A stretch of 64,000 nt of DNA, from NCBI GenBank assembly GCA_951406725.2, contig OX597816.1, positions 99,944,001-100,008,000 on the forward strand, in the 5' to 3' direction. The DNA comes from Octopus vulgaris (lineage: Eukaryota). The position numbers were made by a program, and so were the translations under genes. The notes beneath the pieces are model-generated. The model was not told the origin of the DNA. It did not search any database and worked only from the letters and a program-made list of their open reading frames with translations. Of the stretch, positions 49,801 through 63,383 are shown piece after piece (the stretch's first letter is position 1; every line of letters starts with the position of its first letter).

Positions 49801-51143
49801 ATTTAATTCCGAAGTTTATATATTTTCTTTCATCACCCAGTGTAGTAAAGGCTTAAATAGGGAAAATTAGAATTTAATATAAACTTTGATGATTTTTGCT
49901 TTACACAAGATACTATAATACTTAAAAGGGAATGAAAGTTAGTTTCATAATGTTCTATTGTCTTGTAAAGAATGTGCAAGTAATACTTTGGGAAAATCAT
50001 GTGAGATATTTAATTGTAAATATTGGAGAAAATTAAAAGAGTAACTTAATTATCACATATAGCAGTAATATCTTATTATAATCATAATCTTTTAAAAATA
50101 TTCTGTGAAATGATAAAGCAGATTCTGTTTCAGTTACTTTTGAGACAAGTTTTTCGGCTGTGATGGTTTTTTTCATCAAAATCCAGTTATAATATTGTCA
50201 AGGGAAGTAACTGATGATAACTTGATTTGTTGGTTTGAAACTATAAAGCAGATAGCATTCTATTTATTCTTCTTTCATTCACAACAGTTTATTGCAAAAA
50301 GTAGTGCACTAATTTTAAGTTAGTGGCAGCAATTTAATACATGCTAATCTAAGTTTCTAGTCATTATTTTAGGAATTATATAGTAATTATAATATTGATA
50401 TTTAGTGCATTAAATCAGTCTGAAAATGTATATGGTTTTGTATTTTCTATCTCTCTCACACAAACTCAAAAACACACACACACACACACACATATATACA
50501 CACACATATATATACACACACATAATGACCTATTCAATAAAGTGTTACTTTTTTGGCAGATGAGTTGGGAGAATAATGCTAGTCTTGACTAAGATATTTT
50601 ACTCCCTTCTGTTAATTATAATGGAAATTTATGAATCTGGATTTGAACCCTATGATTAACAATTTTTTATTTAAATGTTACTGCTATGATTGTTATCAAT
50701 TTATCTGAAGAGTAATAGCATTGATGACTTATGCAGGTGCTGCCAAAATGATGAGATTGATACAACTGATATTAAGACTAAACATCAGTAAATTGATGCT
50801 TTGCAAAAGAAGTAAAAAAATAAATAAATAAAATTGGTTGAAAGAGAAGTCAAGAAGAATGCAGTTTAGGAAGGAAAAATCGGTGAAGGGCATCCAAAGT
50901 GAGGGCTCACTAAGGGAGAAGACAATAGTAATGTCAAAAGGAGGAGAAAAAATTCTTTTGGTGAGTTGTAATCAATATGAAATACAATTTTTTAGATCAG
51001 AGGCACAAACAACATTAAAATAGTAATATAATAAGCAAAGAGACAGAGCATCTGTTGTACTGTATCAGTTAGTTTTCACCAAGCAGTAAAATAGCTTTTC
51101 CATCATGCATACACACATAACTGTGTATATCCATCCATCATTA

Positions 51144-51192
<49 letters not shown>

Positions 51193-51199
51193 GATATAG

Positions 51200-51600
51200 A
51201 CATGGCTGCTTGGTTTGGTTAAGAAGCTTGCTTCCTAACCATGTGGTCCTGGGTTCAGTCCTACTGCTCTACACTTTGGGAAAGTGTTTTCTGATGTAAC
51301 CCTTAGCCAACTAAAGCTTTGTTAGTGGATTTTGTTGACAGAAACTGAATAAGACCCATTGTATGTATGTGTGTGTGTGTGTGTGTGTGTAATATATCAT
51401 ATAAGTGCATGTTGTGTGTACCATGATCTAGACATCATGTGATGGGCTTCATCATCATACAAACAAGGATGACCATTTCCAGTCTTCTATGAAAAAAAAA
51501 CCATGTCTGGCCATGGGGAAATGTTACCTTGCTTGGAAACAGTTGAGGGTTGCCAACAGGAAGAGCATCTGGCTGTAGAAATATCTGCCTCAACTAACTA
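51200..51600 (+). mobile_element. tRNA-derived SINE with RTE-like tail
   Basis: TGGTTAAGAAGCTTGCTTCCTAACCATGTGGTCCTGGGTTCAGTCC head; AGGAAGAGCATCTGGCTGTAGAAA tail motif. Confidence 0.75.
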
Positions 51601-51884
51601 TATTATTCCAATAGCTAGAAATTAAAAAGAAGCTTGATGCTAATCAACTTCATTTAATTCACACATGCAAAGCATATAGTTCAACACATTACATAATATC
51701 TGCATGTTTAATATACCTGCATGATGGCAGACATAGTGTGGTCTCTGTTTTCTAACTGTATTATTTTTACTACGTGATGGTTTCCACTATTTTATTAGCT
51801 TAATCTCCTGTATCTATTGAAAACATGTGTCATATTAACATGTCAAAAGGACCTTGGTGCTTTACTGTTTAAGGACCTAATTTG

Positions 51885-52155
51885 CTTGAATCCTGAATTC
51901 GGAGACGCCCTTTGGTCACGAATGACCTTGGGATTGCACCTAGAAAGTTAACCTCCGAGGTACAAGTCTGGGCAAGGTTGTTTATGAAAGACAAGCAGTC
52001 ACCTATACATACCAGCCTCCCCTCTCCATGCCACCGATCTCATCCAAGGGAAAAGCAAAGGCTGATGCAGCTTGGCACTAGTGATGTCGCAACTCATTTC
52101 TACAGCTTAGTGAACTGGAGCAACATGAAATAAAGTGTCTTGCTCAAGAACACCA
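51885..52155 (-). mobile_element. SINE with CORE-like central domain
   Basis: Reverse complement reads GTGTTCTTGAGCAAGACACTTTATTTCA..CTGTAGAAATGAGT, typical of SINE central domains. Confidence 0.55.
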
Positions 52156-52229
52156 ATGAATTATATCTATATCTATTTATCTATCTTATATGTATATATA
52201 TATATACACATACATATATATATATATAA

Positions 52230-53170
52230 GCCACAAGCTGTGTAATCACAAATAATGAGTGGTGTTCCACAGTGTTCCACAGTCTTGGGGCTGCTGCTAT
52301 TCATAGTAGCCCTCTCTAATGTGCCCTCAGTTGCTCAGATAGTTGCCCTTGCTAGCTATGTAGATGACACAAAAGTCTCTCAGAGAATACAGAACCCTAG
52401 AAATATTGTGCATCTGCAATGGGTGTTGGTTGTAATATACAGGTTGGCTGATGAAAATAACATGCTGTTCAATGTTGAAAATTCTAAACCCTCTGCTACC
52501 AACACATGGAGTTCAATGAAAAACGGACAAGATACACTGTCCCAAGAAGGATTTCAGTCTCTGAATTAAAATTAGCGCACAACTTGGGCTTGCCATGAGT
52601 AATGATGCATCTGGAAAGATGCATATTACTAAGTTGGCAATAAAATGCAGACAGTTGATGGTCCATTGGAGAACATTTGTCCTGAACCATTTGGATTACT
52701 GCTCCAAACACAGTGTAAAATTAACAATGGAACTCAAAGCAATCCAGCTACACCAAGAAAATCATCTCAATATGACTTGTCAGCTACTGGGAGAGACTGA
52801 AAAATTTAAACTCTTTTCCCTAGAATGAAGGTGGGGAAAGATATGCAGTAATATACATTTAGAAAATCCCAGAAGAACTTTTACCAAATTTTGGCATTGT
52901 CAGTTACACAAATGGCAGAACAGAGTGTCACTGCATAGTACCAAAAATCCCAACATTACCACCAGGACAAATGACCAGATACTGCTACAATTTGGGCTTC
53001 AAGGGCACACAACTCTTTCATATCTGCCCACAAAGCCTGAGAGACCTACATAGAATGGATGTCTTCAAAGCAAAACTGGATCTCCTCCTGTCAAAGGAGG
53101 ATTAGTAAAAGTGTATCAAAGCAAACAGCAGTGCCACAGCCCTCGAGCTGAAACTGAAAAGAAATATATA
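52230..53170 (+). mobile_element. Degenerate CR1 LINE 3' half
   Basis: SGVPQ..VLGLLLFI, SYVDDTKV, ENNMLFN, FVLNHLDYCS, KLFSLE. Confidence 0.85.
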
Positions 53171-53221
53171 TATATATTATATTATAATGTAAAGGAATTG
53201 TTACATTGTCAGTTGTATTTC

Positions 53222-53309
53222 TCTGCCAGATCAGACTGGAGCCTGGTGCAGCCTCCTGGCTTCCCATGCTAGCATAGAAAACGGACATTAAACGATGATG
53301 ATGATGATG
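53222..53309 (+). mobile_element. RTE 3' tail fragment
   Basis: CAGACTGGAGCCTGGTGCAGCC..CATGCTAGCATAGAAAACGGACATTAAAC(GAT)n. Confidence 0.8.
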
Positions 53310-53370
53310 TATATATATATATATATATGTATGTATATAAGTATATGTATATAAGTATATATGTATATAT

Positions 53371-54508
53371 CATCATCGTTTAACGTCCGTTCTCCATGCT
53401 AGCATGGGTTGGACGGTTCAACCGGGATCTGGAAAGCCAGAAGGCTGCACCAGGCTCCAGTCTGGTCTGGCAGTGTTTCTACAGCTGGATGCCCTTCCTA
53501 ATGCCAACCACTCCGTGAGTGCAGTGGGTGCTTTTTACGTGCCACCGGCACAGGTGCCAGGCGAGGTTGGCAACGGCCACGATCGGATTGGTGCTTTTTA
53601 TGTGCCACCAGCATGGAGGCCAGTCAAGGCGGTGCTGGCATCGGCCACGTTTGGATGGTGCTTTTTACATGCCACCAGCACGGAAGCCAGTTAAGGCAGT
53701 GCTGGCATCGGCCACTTTCGCATGGTGCTTTTGATGTGCCACTGGCACAGGGATCACAACTACAATTTCCATTGAATTTTTGATGTTGGTGTACTTGACT
53801 CAATAGGTCTCCTCAAGCACAGGGTCGAAACGGTGTTTCTTTACTTGCCACCTGCACAGGAGTCAGTCCAGCGGCACTGGCAACTGCTGGGTGCCAGTCA
53901 TAGGATTGGTTCAATTTTGATTCCGATTTCACTTGCCCCAACAGGTCTTCACAAGTAGAGTTTAGTGTCCAATGAAGAGAGGTTGGCATGGGTGCCAGTC
54001 GTTGGATGAGGTTCGATTTCGAATTCAATTTCAACTTCACTTGCCTCATCAGGTCTTCGCCTGTCCAAGGAAGGAAAGGCATGCATAAGTGGGCTGGCTA
54101 CATCCCTGGCAAGGGACACGGGATGGACTCACTTGTCCTGCCGGGTCTTCTCATGCACAGCATATTTCCAAAGGTCTCAGTCACTAGTCATTGCCTTGGT
54201 GAGGCCTAATGTTCGAAGGTTGTGCTTCACCACCTCGTCCCAGGTTTTCCTGGGTCTACATCTTCCACGGGTTCCCTCAACTGCTAGGTATTGGCACTTT
54301 TTCACACACCTATCTTCATCCATTCTCGCCACATGACCATACCAGCACAATCATCTCTCTTGCACACCACAGCTGATGCTTCTTAGGTCCAACCTTTCTC
54401 TCAAGGTACTTTACACTCTGTCGAGTATGTACACTGACATTACACATCCATCGGAGCATACTGACTTCATTTCTCATGATCTTACTCATGTCCTCAGCAG
54501 TCACAGTA
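53371..54508 (-). mobile_element. RTE LINE 3' fragment
   Basis: VTAEDM..RNE.SMLRWMCNVSVHTRQSV; 3'UTR tandem units; (CAT)n tail at 53371. Confidence 0.92.
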
Positions 54509-54509
54509 A

Positions 54510-55084
54510 ATAGGAGCAAGGAAGAAATTCTTAGGGATTTTGGGCATGTTTAGACTAGAGCGTCGTCTTCTGCCCTTCTATACTATGGTTAAACAAATTT
54601 AGAGAGCATGAATGAACGAAATGATAACCTTGATTAGGATAAATAAATAAAATATTGCAATTAACTGATATGCATGATCTTAAGACAAACAGGAAGACGA
54701 AGCTATCAGTACTATGTTTACGTGATAAAGAAATAGATAGATAATAGAGAACGAAGTGGGGGGAAACGATCTATGTATTAAACATGGAGAACATAAACGA
54801 GGTTGAAAAGTCAAATTTTTCCTTATCTCAGCATCTTCTGAAATCCGTGTTCTATCAGCAGAGGGATTGAAAATCGAGTAGGGGAAAAACAGGGCTTGCG
54901 CTAGTTTATCTAGAGTTAGGGTTAAGAGGAGAAGTGTTGGTGTAACAGGTGGTAAATCGAAGAGAGAGAGAGAGAGAGGGGTCAGGCAGTAAATACACCA
55001 TGAGGGTGAAGGAGGAGGAGAATATTCTTAGGGGTTCTTGGTAAGATAAATTAATGAAACAGCGTTGACGGGTCATAGTGCTAG
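54510..55084 (+). mobile_element. Helitron 3' portion
   Basis: Ends GGGTCATAGTGCTAG-T at 55084, identical to the 3' terminus of the Helitron at 57166. Confidence 0.55.
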
Positions 55085-55837
55085 TTTGGTATAAATTTGT
55101 TAAATTAAAAATTTGGGGTAATAAAACACACAATGACATATTAAAAAGACGAATTAAAATTCCAGAGAAAAATACATAGATGATAAATATACAAATTTAC
55201 AAAAATACATAAAAGTTCATCTATGGGCCGTTTCAGAGATGCGCCAATTAATATGAAATATATCATATATTTAAAATTGACACTCCCCTTGTCAGGATGT
55301 TTTTTACATACAACACATAGTACACGGAAACAAATGCACAATTACATACCGGCTACATGCGAAAGACCAGACATTACGTACTCCCAAAAATTCTCATAGA
55401 TACTGAATGCTACTTTATAAGCATATAATTCAATTTAGCAGTTATAGTAAATGGTATGCGCACCGCTCCATCTGGACTAATTCACTTCTGCACTCAATTA
55501 AATTTTTAATATTTTAATTTCTCCCATTCATGCAAAGCCACATATTCGAGTTCAAGTCCTTGATACATTTTATACTAATTGCTAATTTTCCTTTTAATTG
55601 TTATATTACGATTTAATTACCATACCTTAGTTTTATTTTAATTACTACTTACTATATTTACTATATTTAATTCAATTGTTATTATTACCTCTAACTTTTA
55701 TTGCTATTTTTATTTCTAAATTTCTTATGGAACGTCGAGTGGTTCTTATGCGTACAATATATTTTTATATGATGTTTATATATTTATATATTAGTATATA
55801 TTTCTAAACGTCGGGCTTTATATCTGTTCTGTAGATA

Positions 55838-57165
55838 TCTTTATATATATATAACAAAGAATGTGTGTGTGTGTCTGTCTGTCTCCCTAAAACTTGAGAA
55901 CTACACAACCAATTTCATTAAAATTTTACACATGCCTTACTTAGGGTCCATGTAGTTTCATGGGCAAAAAAAAAATGTTCAACTTCTTGCCTAGGGCGAG
56001 CCCATAGCAATATCATATCTTTACCACTATTTCAGTATTACGTGTTAAAAGTGAAACAAAACCATTTCTCTATTTTATGTCAGATACTTTCACTGTAACA
56101 ATAAAAATTAGAGATAATAATAACAATTGAATTATATGTTGTAAGTAATAATTCAAATCAAACTAAAGTATAATATAATCATAACATAACAAAAGTAAAC
56201 ATAGCAATTAGTATAAAATTGGTATAAATTGGTATAAATTAAATTAAATCAACTGTGTACTGCTTTTTGATTCACCGTAAGGTTTGTTGTTATTATTATT
56301 ACTGTTTAACTATTGTTATCACGTTTGTTGGTTCCTCGTAAGGGAAACGTTGTGTTGCATTTGTTAAATAATTGTAAGCTGTAACCCTCCCCTTTGGGAG
56401 AAGGAGCTTTGGTTATTGTTTAAAAATTGAATTGTGTCCCTGTTTGGGGAAATTGACAACATTTTCACCGTTTACACGGAAGCATTTTTGTTAGAATGCC
56501 TTCGATAGAAGAAAGTCCAAAAATGAATTTCGCTGCTGCTGTCGGCAGGTGCAAACTCATTAAAATTAAAATGGAAGAAATACAAACCTATTTCGGATTG
56601 ATCACCGACAAAGACGGTGAATCTAGGATAACACCACCAAACGAAATAAAAAATTAAATTGAAGAAAAGACTATTGTAAGTATACAATGTAGAGAAAAAA
56701 AAAAGATTTGAACACCTGGAGGAAAGCACCATCGAAAAGTGTCTTGGTGCGACTATGAAAGATATGAAGTATCTAACCAGAGGCGGTAAATTCATCACAA
56801 TAGAAGCAAGGTTCGAGTCAACAGAGCGTGCAAGGTAGTACTTGACTCAAACCTTGCAAAGAGGAATTATTTTATTTTTACCTTTATTTCTGGGACGTAG
56901 GACATCCTGGATAAAAATTAAAAATGTCCCCCCAGAAGTAGAGGTAGGCTGGATTGTAGCCACACTTCTATACAAGAGGGAGGACAAGATACAATTGATT
57001 GAAATTGCAAGAGACGGGCCTACAATTCCAGTCTGTTATATATTTTGAGTATTGTTATCACTAGCGATATCAAGATATAACTTTGTATTTTATGTGTAGA
57101 TGTATATATATATATATAGATGTACATGTAATATGTACACATATATATACACATATATACATGCA
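55838..57165 (+). mobile_element. Helitron 5' portion carrying a captured ORF1-like segment
   Basis: A-TC start at 55838, (TG)n(TCTG)n, CCCTAAAACTTGAGAACTA leader (inverted copy at 57400-57638); 56280-57165 is the reverse complement of the 18.0-18.5 kb repeat plus about 430 extra bp. Confidence 0.7.
56571..57040 (+). pseudogene. ORF1-like coding remnant inside the Helitron
   Basis: MEEIQTYFG..RITPPNEIKN*IEEKTIV..IEKCLGATMKDMKYLTRGGKF..RFES..IILFLPLFLGRRTSWIKIKNVPPEVEVGWI; aligns by eye with 3500-4003(-). Confidence 0.6.
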
Positions 57166-57638
57166 CTAGCACTATGACCCAGCAATGACAGGTCATAATG
57201 CTTGTAAATGAATATATGAATATATGTATGATCTTTCTGTGGATTTTGTAGTGTTCTTGTAGTTGCTGCTCGCATTACCTCCCCTCGGATTAAAAAGCGT
57301 ATACAGCTCATTTGAGCACTACTATTCCAGTCTGTTATATATTTTGAGTATATATATATATATATATATATATACATCGATATACATACAATAGAGAGAT
57401 GTTTTTGTTTCACTTTTAACACGTAATACTGAAATAGTGGAGAAGATATGATATTGCTGTAGGCTCGCCCTCGGCAAGAAGTTAAACATATTTTGCCGAT
57501 GACACTCCCTGGACCCTAAGTAAAGCTTGTGTAAAATTTGAATGAAATTGGTTGTATAGTTCTCAAGTTTTAGGGAAACACACAGACTGACAGACAGACA
57601 CACACACACACACACATTCTCAGTTTTATATATATAGA
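57166..57638 (-). mobile_element. Complete non-autonomous Helitron, 473 bp
   Basis: 5' TC at 57638, 3' hairpin TATGACCTG..TGGGTCATA then CTAG at 57166-57169; inserted between A and T with no TSD. Confidence 0.85.
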
Positions 57639-60600
57639 TATGTAGATATATATATACTTATATACATGTGTGTGTGTGTAAATGTATATATGTATTATTT
57701 ATGTTGTTTTGCTTGTACTTGTAGAAATAAAGATATTTATAGTCTACAACAATATCCAACTTTATTGTTTTCTTTAGTATAATAACAAATTGTCATGAAA
57801 TGAAACACCTTTATTATATATTTTTTGTCTATTAATTTAGACACATTGCAGCAAATTAATGTTGTGTATGTGAACAATATGATGATTTTTGCAAGATTTG
57901 AACTAATAGCCTTTCATTTAGCTGTTAAGGACCATAATCTCTCAATTGTGTTTTCTGTGAAAGGAAACATTTGAAACATTACTGCTTGGTGTACAGATAC
58001 TTATTTATCTCTTCTGTTTTTGATACTGAATTTTGAGTTATTAACCATAGATATATGTGAATATCTATATCCATTGGAGTATATATGTAAGTTAGATGTA
58101 TTTGTATTTTGTTATAACACTGTAAATGACTATAACCACAGAAATACCCATAAAAGTATTGTTTGATGATTCAGCCTTCCTATAACTATCAGATACATTG
58201 CTATTAAACTTGCACATTTATATAAACCATCACCTGATGAATGACATTTTAATAGGTGTTCAATTCTTTGCAATCATAAGAATAACAACAATGTGAGCTT
58301 TGCTATCAACATTGGATTACACCGATATTTTATTATAAAGCTATTGGTATACAAAAGAATATATTGGAAGAATTGTCATTATATTCATTGTTACTTTTTA
58401 TGTAATATAGTTTAAATAGGTAGGTAGGCACTCATGTGTTTGTAATTTATTATTTATAAGCACAATTTCTTTATCAAACTATCTGTATATGTTAGTACTG
58501 AAGAAGAGTGTATGTTGAGTGAAATAGCATTTTCACTGGGGAAAGTAAGCTGAAATCCTTATTTGCTTGATATCTGACAAACAAAAAATTTTCAAATGAA
58601 CTTTTAACTACAATGCTTACACACCATTAATGGTGTGAAAAATGTGATATTGAACAATGAGATTAAAATGAACAAATCCAGGAGAGCTGGAAGATCAATC
58701 AAGAATCTTTTAGTTACAATAGTTGAGACTCAAAAGTTTTTATTTTCAGTTACAGTTTATTATTTTATTACCAACATATTTAACAATTTTTATCATTTTA
58801 ATCATAAATTTTAGCAATCTCAATTTTCTTTTCTGGTGAAACCTTGGGAAAAATTAAGGATAGACAAAAATATATATTCATGCATGCCTTAGATCAAAGA
58901 AATCAAATAATTATTCTCAAGAAAATTATTCCAACTTAGTATGGCCTTCAAATTCACAGAACCTAAAACACATTTAGAGGACATTTACCATAATTTAAAG
59001 GGCAAATTAATGCATAAGAATTGCTGAATAATCAGCACTCATAAATATTGGTAATATATAGACTTAACTGTTTTTTTTACTTAATTTGGTAGAATTTACG
59101 TCTCTTGGTCATTAAAAGAATTCTGAACATTAATATAATGACATTTTAAGAATAATGAATTCTCCATCGTTTTTGATAAAGAACATTCCAGTTTTTAATC
59201 ATCTGGCCTACTCACATTGAATTACAGTGTAAGCAGCTGAGTATTCCACAGACACAGGTACTGTTAAAATAATCCTCTGGCAGAGTCAGTGTGATACAGT
59301 GTATGTGACAAAGCTGGCTCTTTGAATTACATGTACAGTCTATTTGGTAGGTTTCCAGTCTTTACTCCTTCAAGATTAGTGTCAATCCAAGGCTATAATG
59401 AAACACATTTGTCCAAAATGCCATGCATGGAGGTGAAACCTGGGATTTCATGATTGTGATGCAGATTCCTCAACTGCTTGTCAATGCCAGTGCCCATATT
59501 TTTGAAATAATATTTCATAACCAACACTTTATTATTAGAACAAAACTTTATAGTTTATTTTTTTCAATATTTTTCTCTGTATATATTAAAAAGTTTGAAG
59601 TGGACAAAAGAGTTTTGCTCTCAGCATATGCTAAGATAAAACAATGATATAGGTCTTTTGATTTGAATATACTCATCAGCTAAATTCCTAATTTGCTGTT
59701 GCAGTTTCCTAAAAATCTTGAGAGTATATTATAAGTTTCCTGTTTCAAGACTAGTTTCTATATGCTTAAGATGGTCAATATATCTTGTTGGCATTCTATT
59801 TTGAAAGATGCTTTTGATCATAACCATCTTCAGTATATTTTCATACTTTGCTAGTTTTAAAGTCTAGCTACTATGCCAAGATTGCTTTTCTAAGAACCAA
59901 CTTATTTTTACACAAGTGGATATAGATTTGATTTTTATAAGATTATTGTAAATTGTAAAACTTTCGTTTTCATATATTCTTGATCACTCTCTCTCTCTCT
60001 CTCTCTCTCTCTCCTTGTCTTGTTTTTCCTTTGAATAGGTAATCAAGTGTCTCCTTTACATCAACACACCTGTTTCTGTCCCCTTTCTTGTACCTCTCTC
60101 TCTCTCTCTCCCTATCACTCTCTGCTAACAATTCTGTTGTCTTGCTTCCTTAATAATAATAGTAATGAAAATTATGATCATAATTGTAATTTTTAAAAAT
60201 GTTGGCATAAGGCCATTAATTTAGAGACAGGATTAGTTGATTGCATTGACCCATGTATTAGTCTGGTATTTATTTTACTGAACCCTGAGGGATGAAAGGC
60301 AGTGTCTGTCTTGGTGGGATTTGAATTTAGAATGCCACAATAAATTCTATGAGGCATTTTGTTTGATGCTCTGATGATTCGGCCTTTTCCCCATTTCTGT
60401 TTTAGCTATTAAAAATACAAGATACAATATATAAATTTTCTTATCACAACACTGACATTTCATTACTGAAAATATTGATTGTATTCCATGACCCTGAAAA
60501 GTAAACATGAACTTAGAAAAATTAATATTTGGATGCTTTTTGCTCACCAAAGTCTCTGTTAGAAAATATGGAAGCCAAAAACAAATGTACTTTATTAAGA

Positions 60601-60813
60601 ATAGTCTTTCTTTTAATATAATTTCACAAAAATAGGTGTCCCCCTCTTTCTAGTGCATGTGTGTATCAGTGTTTACATTTGTGTATGCTCTTATAGAAAC
60701 ATAAAACCTTACATTTCTTGAGAGGTAACATTTATTGGAATTTCATCAGTTACTTCAATATAACGGGTTTAATTGTTTCTAAGAAATGATGCTCATGCCT
60801 TTTCAAAGAACTT

Positions 60814-60930
60814 GTATGTATGTATGTATGTATGTATGTATGTATGTATGTATGTATGCATGCATGCATGTATGTATGTATGTATGTATGTATGTATGTA
60901 TGTATGAATGCATGCATGCATGCATGCATG
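60814..60930. repeat. Compound (TATG)n/(CATG)n microsatellite
   Basis: Direct reading. Confidence 0.95.
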
Positions 60931-61150
60931 TGTATATATATTTTATAATGGAATAATTATTATGAAGAATTGTGTACAGTATATTGTATAAAGGATCATG
61001 GGTAAGGCCTGAACAGTGTGAAGTAAATGCAAGGCAAATCACAAGAAAACAAATATATGAATTAATGTAGACTTACCTTGTATTCAATATTTCAGGGTTA
61101 TGACCCCATTTGTTAATTTCTTGAAAATGGGCCTTATATATATATATATA

Positions 61151-62371
61151 GAAGGATTGGACAAAATAATGGAAATATCTAGCATCATAATTTTGAAATA
61201 TCTATAAAACTGTCAAAAGCTTATTTTTTTTTTTTATTATTAGTGTTGCTTAATATGTTTTGCTAAATTTGCTGTTTCTTTTCCGATAACATCAGAAAAA
61301 GGTAATTAAAATTCATTAAAATGACAGATCTATTGGACTTTCAGAGAAGTCAGATTGTTGGTGCTCATATGGCAGGTGCTAGCATAATGAAAACAGCCGA
61401 AATGATTTTGGTGTATCAAGAAGTACTGTTTTGAAAATAATGAAAACCTTTGAGAAAGAGGGAAAAAAACCTCTTTGTTGAGACAAAACTATGGAAGAAA
61501 ACCAAACTTTTGGATAGGGACCATCGGAATCTTATGCAAATTGTTAGAAAGGATCACAAAAGTACAGCTCTCAAAATTACTGCAGAGCTTAATGACCACC
61601 TCTAGAACCCACTTTCCACAAAAACTGTTCGCCAGGAGCTACACAAAGCCAGATTTCACAGGAGAGCTGCAATCAGAAATCCACTACTTTCAAAAACAAT
61701 CATTGCAAAGCATTTAGAGTGGAGTAAAAACCTACAGAATTTTTCGGATGTGTCATATTTTACATTATTTCCGACCACTGGCTGAATATACATGTGGAGA
61801 CAAACAAAAGAAGCATTTGACCCAGACTGCCTTCTTCCAACTGTTAAGCATGGAGGAGGATCTGTAATGATCTGGGAGGTTATATCTTGGAAATCCACTG
61901 GCCCAATGGTTTCCCTTCGTGTCAGAATTAATAGCCAAGACAATTTAAGCATTTTATTTGGTCAGATTCTTCCTATGGTTGCAGAACTGTTTCCGGAGGG
62001 AAACACAATCTTTCAGGATGATAATGCACCTATTCACACAGATAAAGTTGTTACTGAATAGCACGAGGAACATTCAAGTGAAATTGAACATCTTAAATGG
62101 CCACCACAGTCCCCAGATCTCAATATTATTGAACATTTATGGTGCATTTTAGAAAAATAAGTAAGGAGTCAATATAATTCACCATCCCTGCAAGAACTGG
62201 AGACTGTTTTAGCTGAAGAATGGACAAAAGTTCCTTTGGAAACAATTCCAACTTTGTATGAGTCCATACCTCATAGAATTCAAGCAGTAATTACTGCCAA
62301 AGGCAATCCTACCCAATATTAAAATAAATTTGTTTGAAATTTTAAGGTGTTTCCATTATTTTGTTCAACCC

Positions 62372-62374
<3 letters not shown>
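61151..62374 (+). mobile_element. Full-length Tc1-like transposon (1224 bp) with DD36E spacing, disrupted transposase
   Basis: TIRs GAAGGATTGGACAAAATAATGGAAA / TTTCCATTATTTTGTTCAACCCCTG with TA flanks; ATG at 61321; [35 protein letters not shown]; 36 codons between the second D and E. Confidence 0.92.
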
Positions 62375-62435
<61 letters not shown>

Positions 62436-62796
62436 ATAATGACTGGTTATTTGTAGAAGGGCATGCCCAACGGCTGCACGTGCTATTTGTTACTTGATCT
62501 TTCCTCTGATGTTACATAAGGACAGATGTGGGTTATTTTTTCCAAGTATCACCAGTAGATTTATTTCTATTCCTTTGGACTATATGTATATGGTTTTATC
62601 TTAATCTGTGATTATCATTTTTGACTTTGGTATGTATATATATATAGATAGATAGGTAGGTAGGTAGGTAGGTAGATATAGATAGATAGATAGGTATATA
62701 GATAGATAGATATATAGGTATGTATATAGGTATGTATATAGATATATAGATATATGTATATAGGTATATATGTATATAGGTAAATATATATGTATA

Positions 62797-63300
62797 TCTA
62801 TATATATAAAACTGTAGTTGTGTGAGTGTCTGTCTCCTACGATTTAGATTCCTAACTCCTCCCACATTTTGCGGTGCAGTTTAACCAAATTCGGGTATCT
62901 TATAGTCGTGATTAATATCGAGCCCGTCTGGCTATTAGCGCGCGTCGACGATGAGTCTACGATTTTAAAAATAATTTAACATAATTTTTTATTCAATTTT
63001 AATGCATAATTTTTCGTGTGTCGATGGCGGCGGAGTTGGCGTCCACGCTCAAACACCTGCACCTGTGTTTGCTTCTCCCCCTTCTTCCCTCCCTCGTGAA
63101 GCTGTGGGGAAGGGAGTTTAAGGAAATCAACGTCATAATGCGTTGTCAAGGAGACCAGAGTTCTTTTAGAACGACTTCATGGCTTGAAGACACCAAAACA
63201 GAAATGGCTAAGAAAGCCCGAATTGGCATCTATAAAGGAAGTAACTCTCTAAAAATGCTTATATAGTTATTTCCCGAGCAACGCCGGGCGATACTGCTAG
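62797..63300 (+). mobile_element. Complete non-autonomous Helitron, 504 bp
   Basis: A-TC 5' end, 3' hairpin CCCGAGCAACGCCGGG, CTAG-T end; same hairpin as the element ending at 15998. Confidence 0.92.
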
Positions 63301-63383
63301 TAGGTATATATATGTATATATATATGTATATATATATGTATATAGGTATATATATATGTATATAGGTATATATATATATGTAT

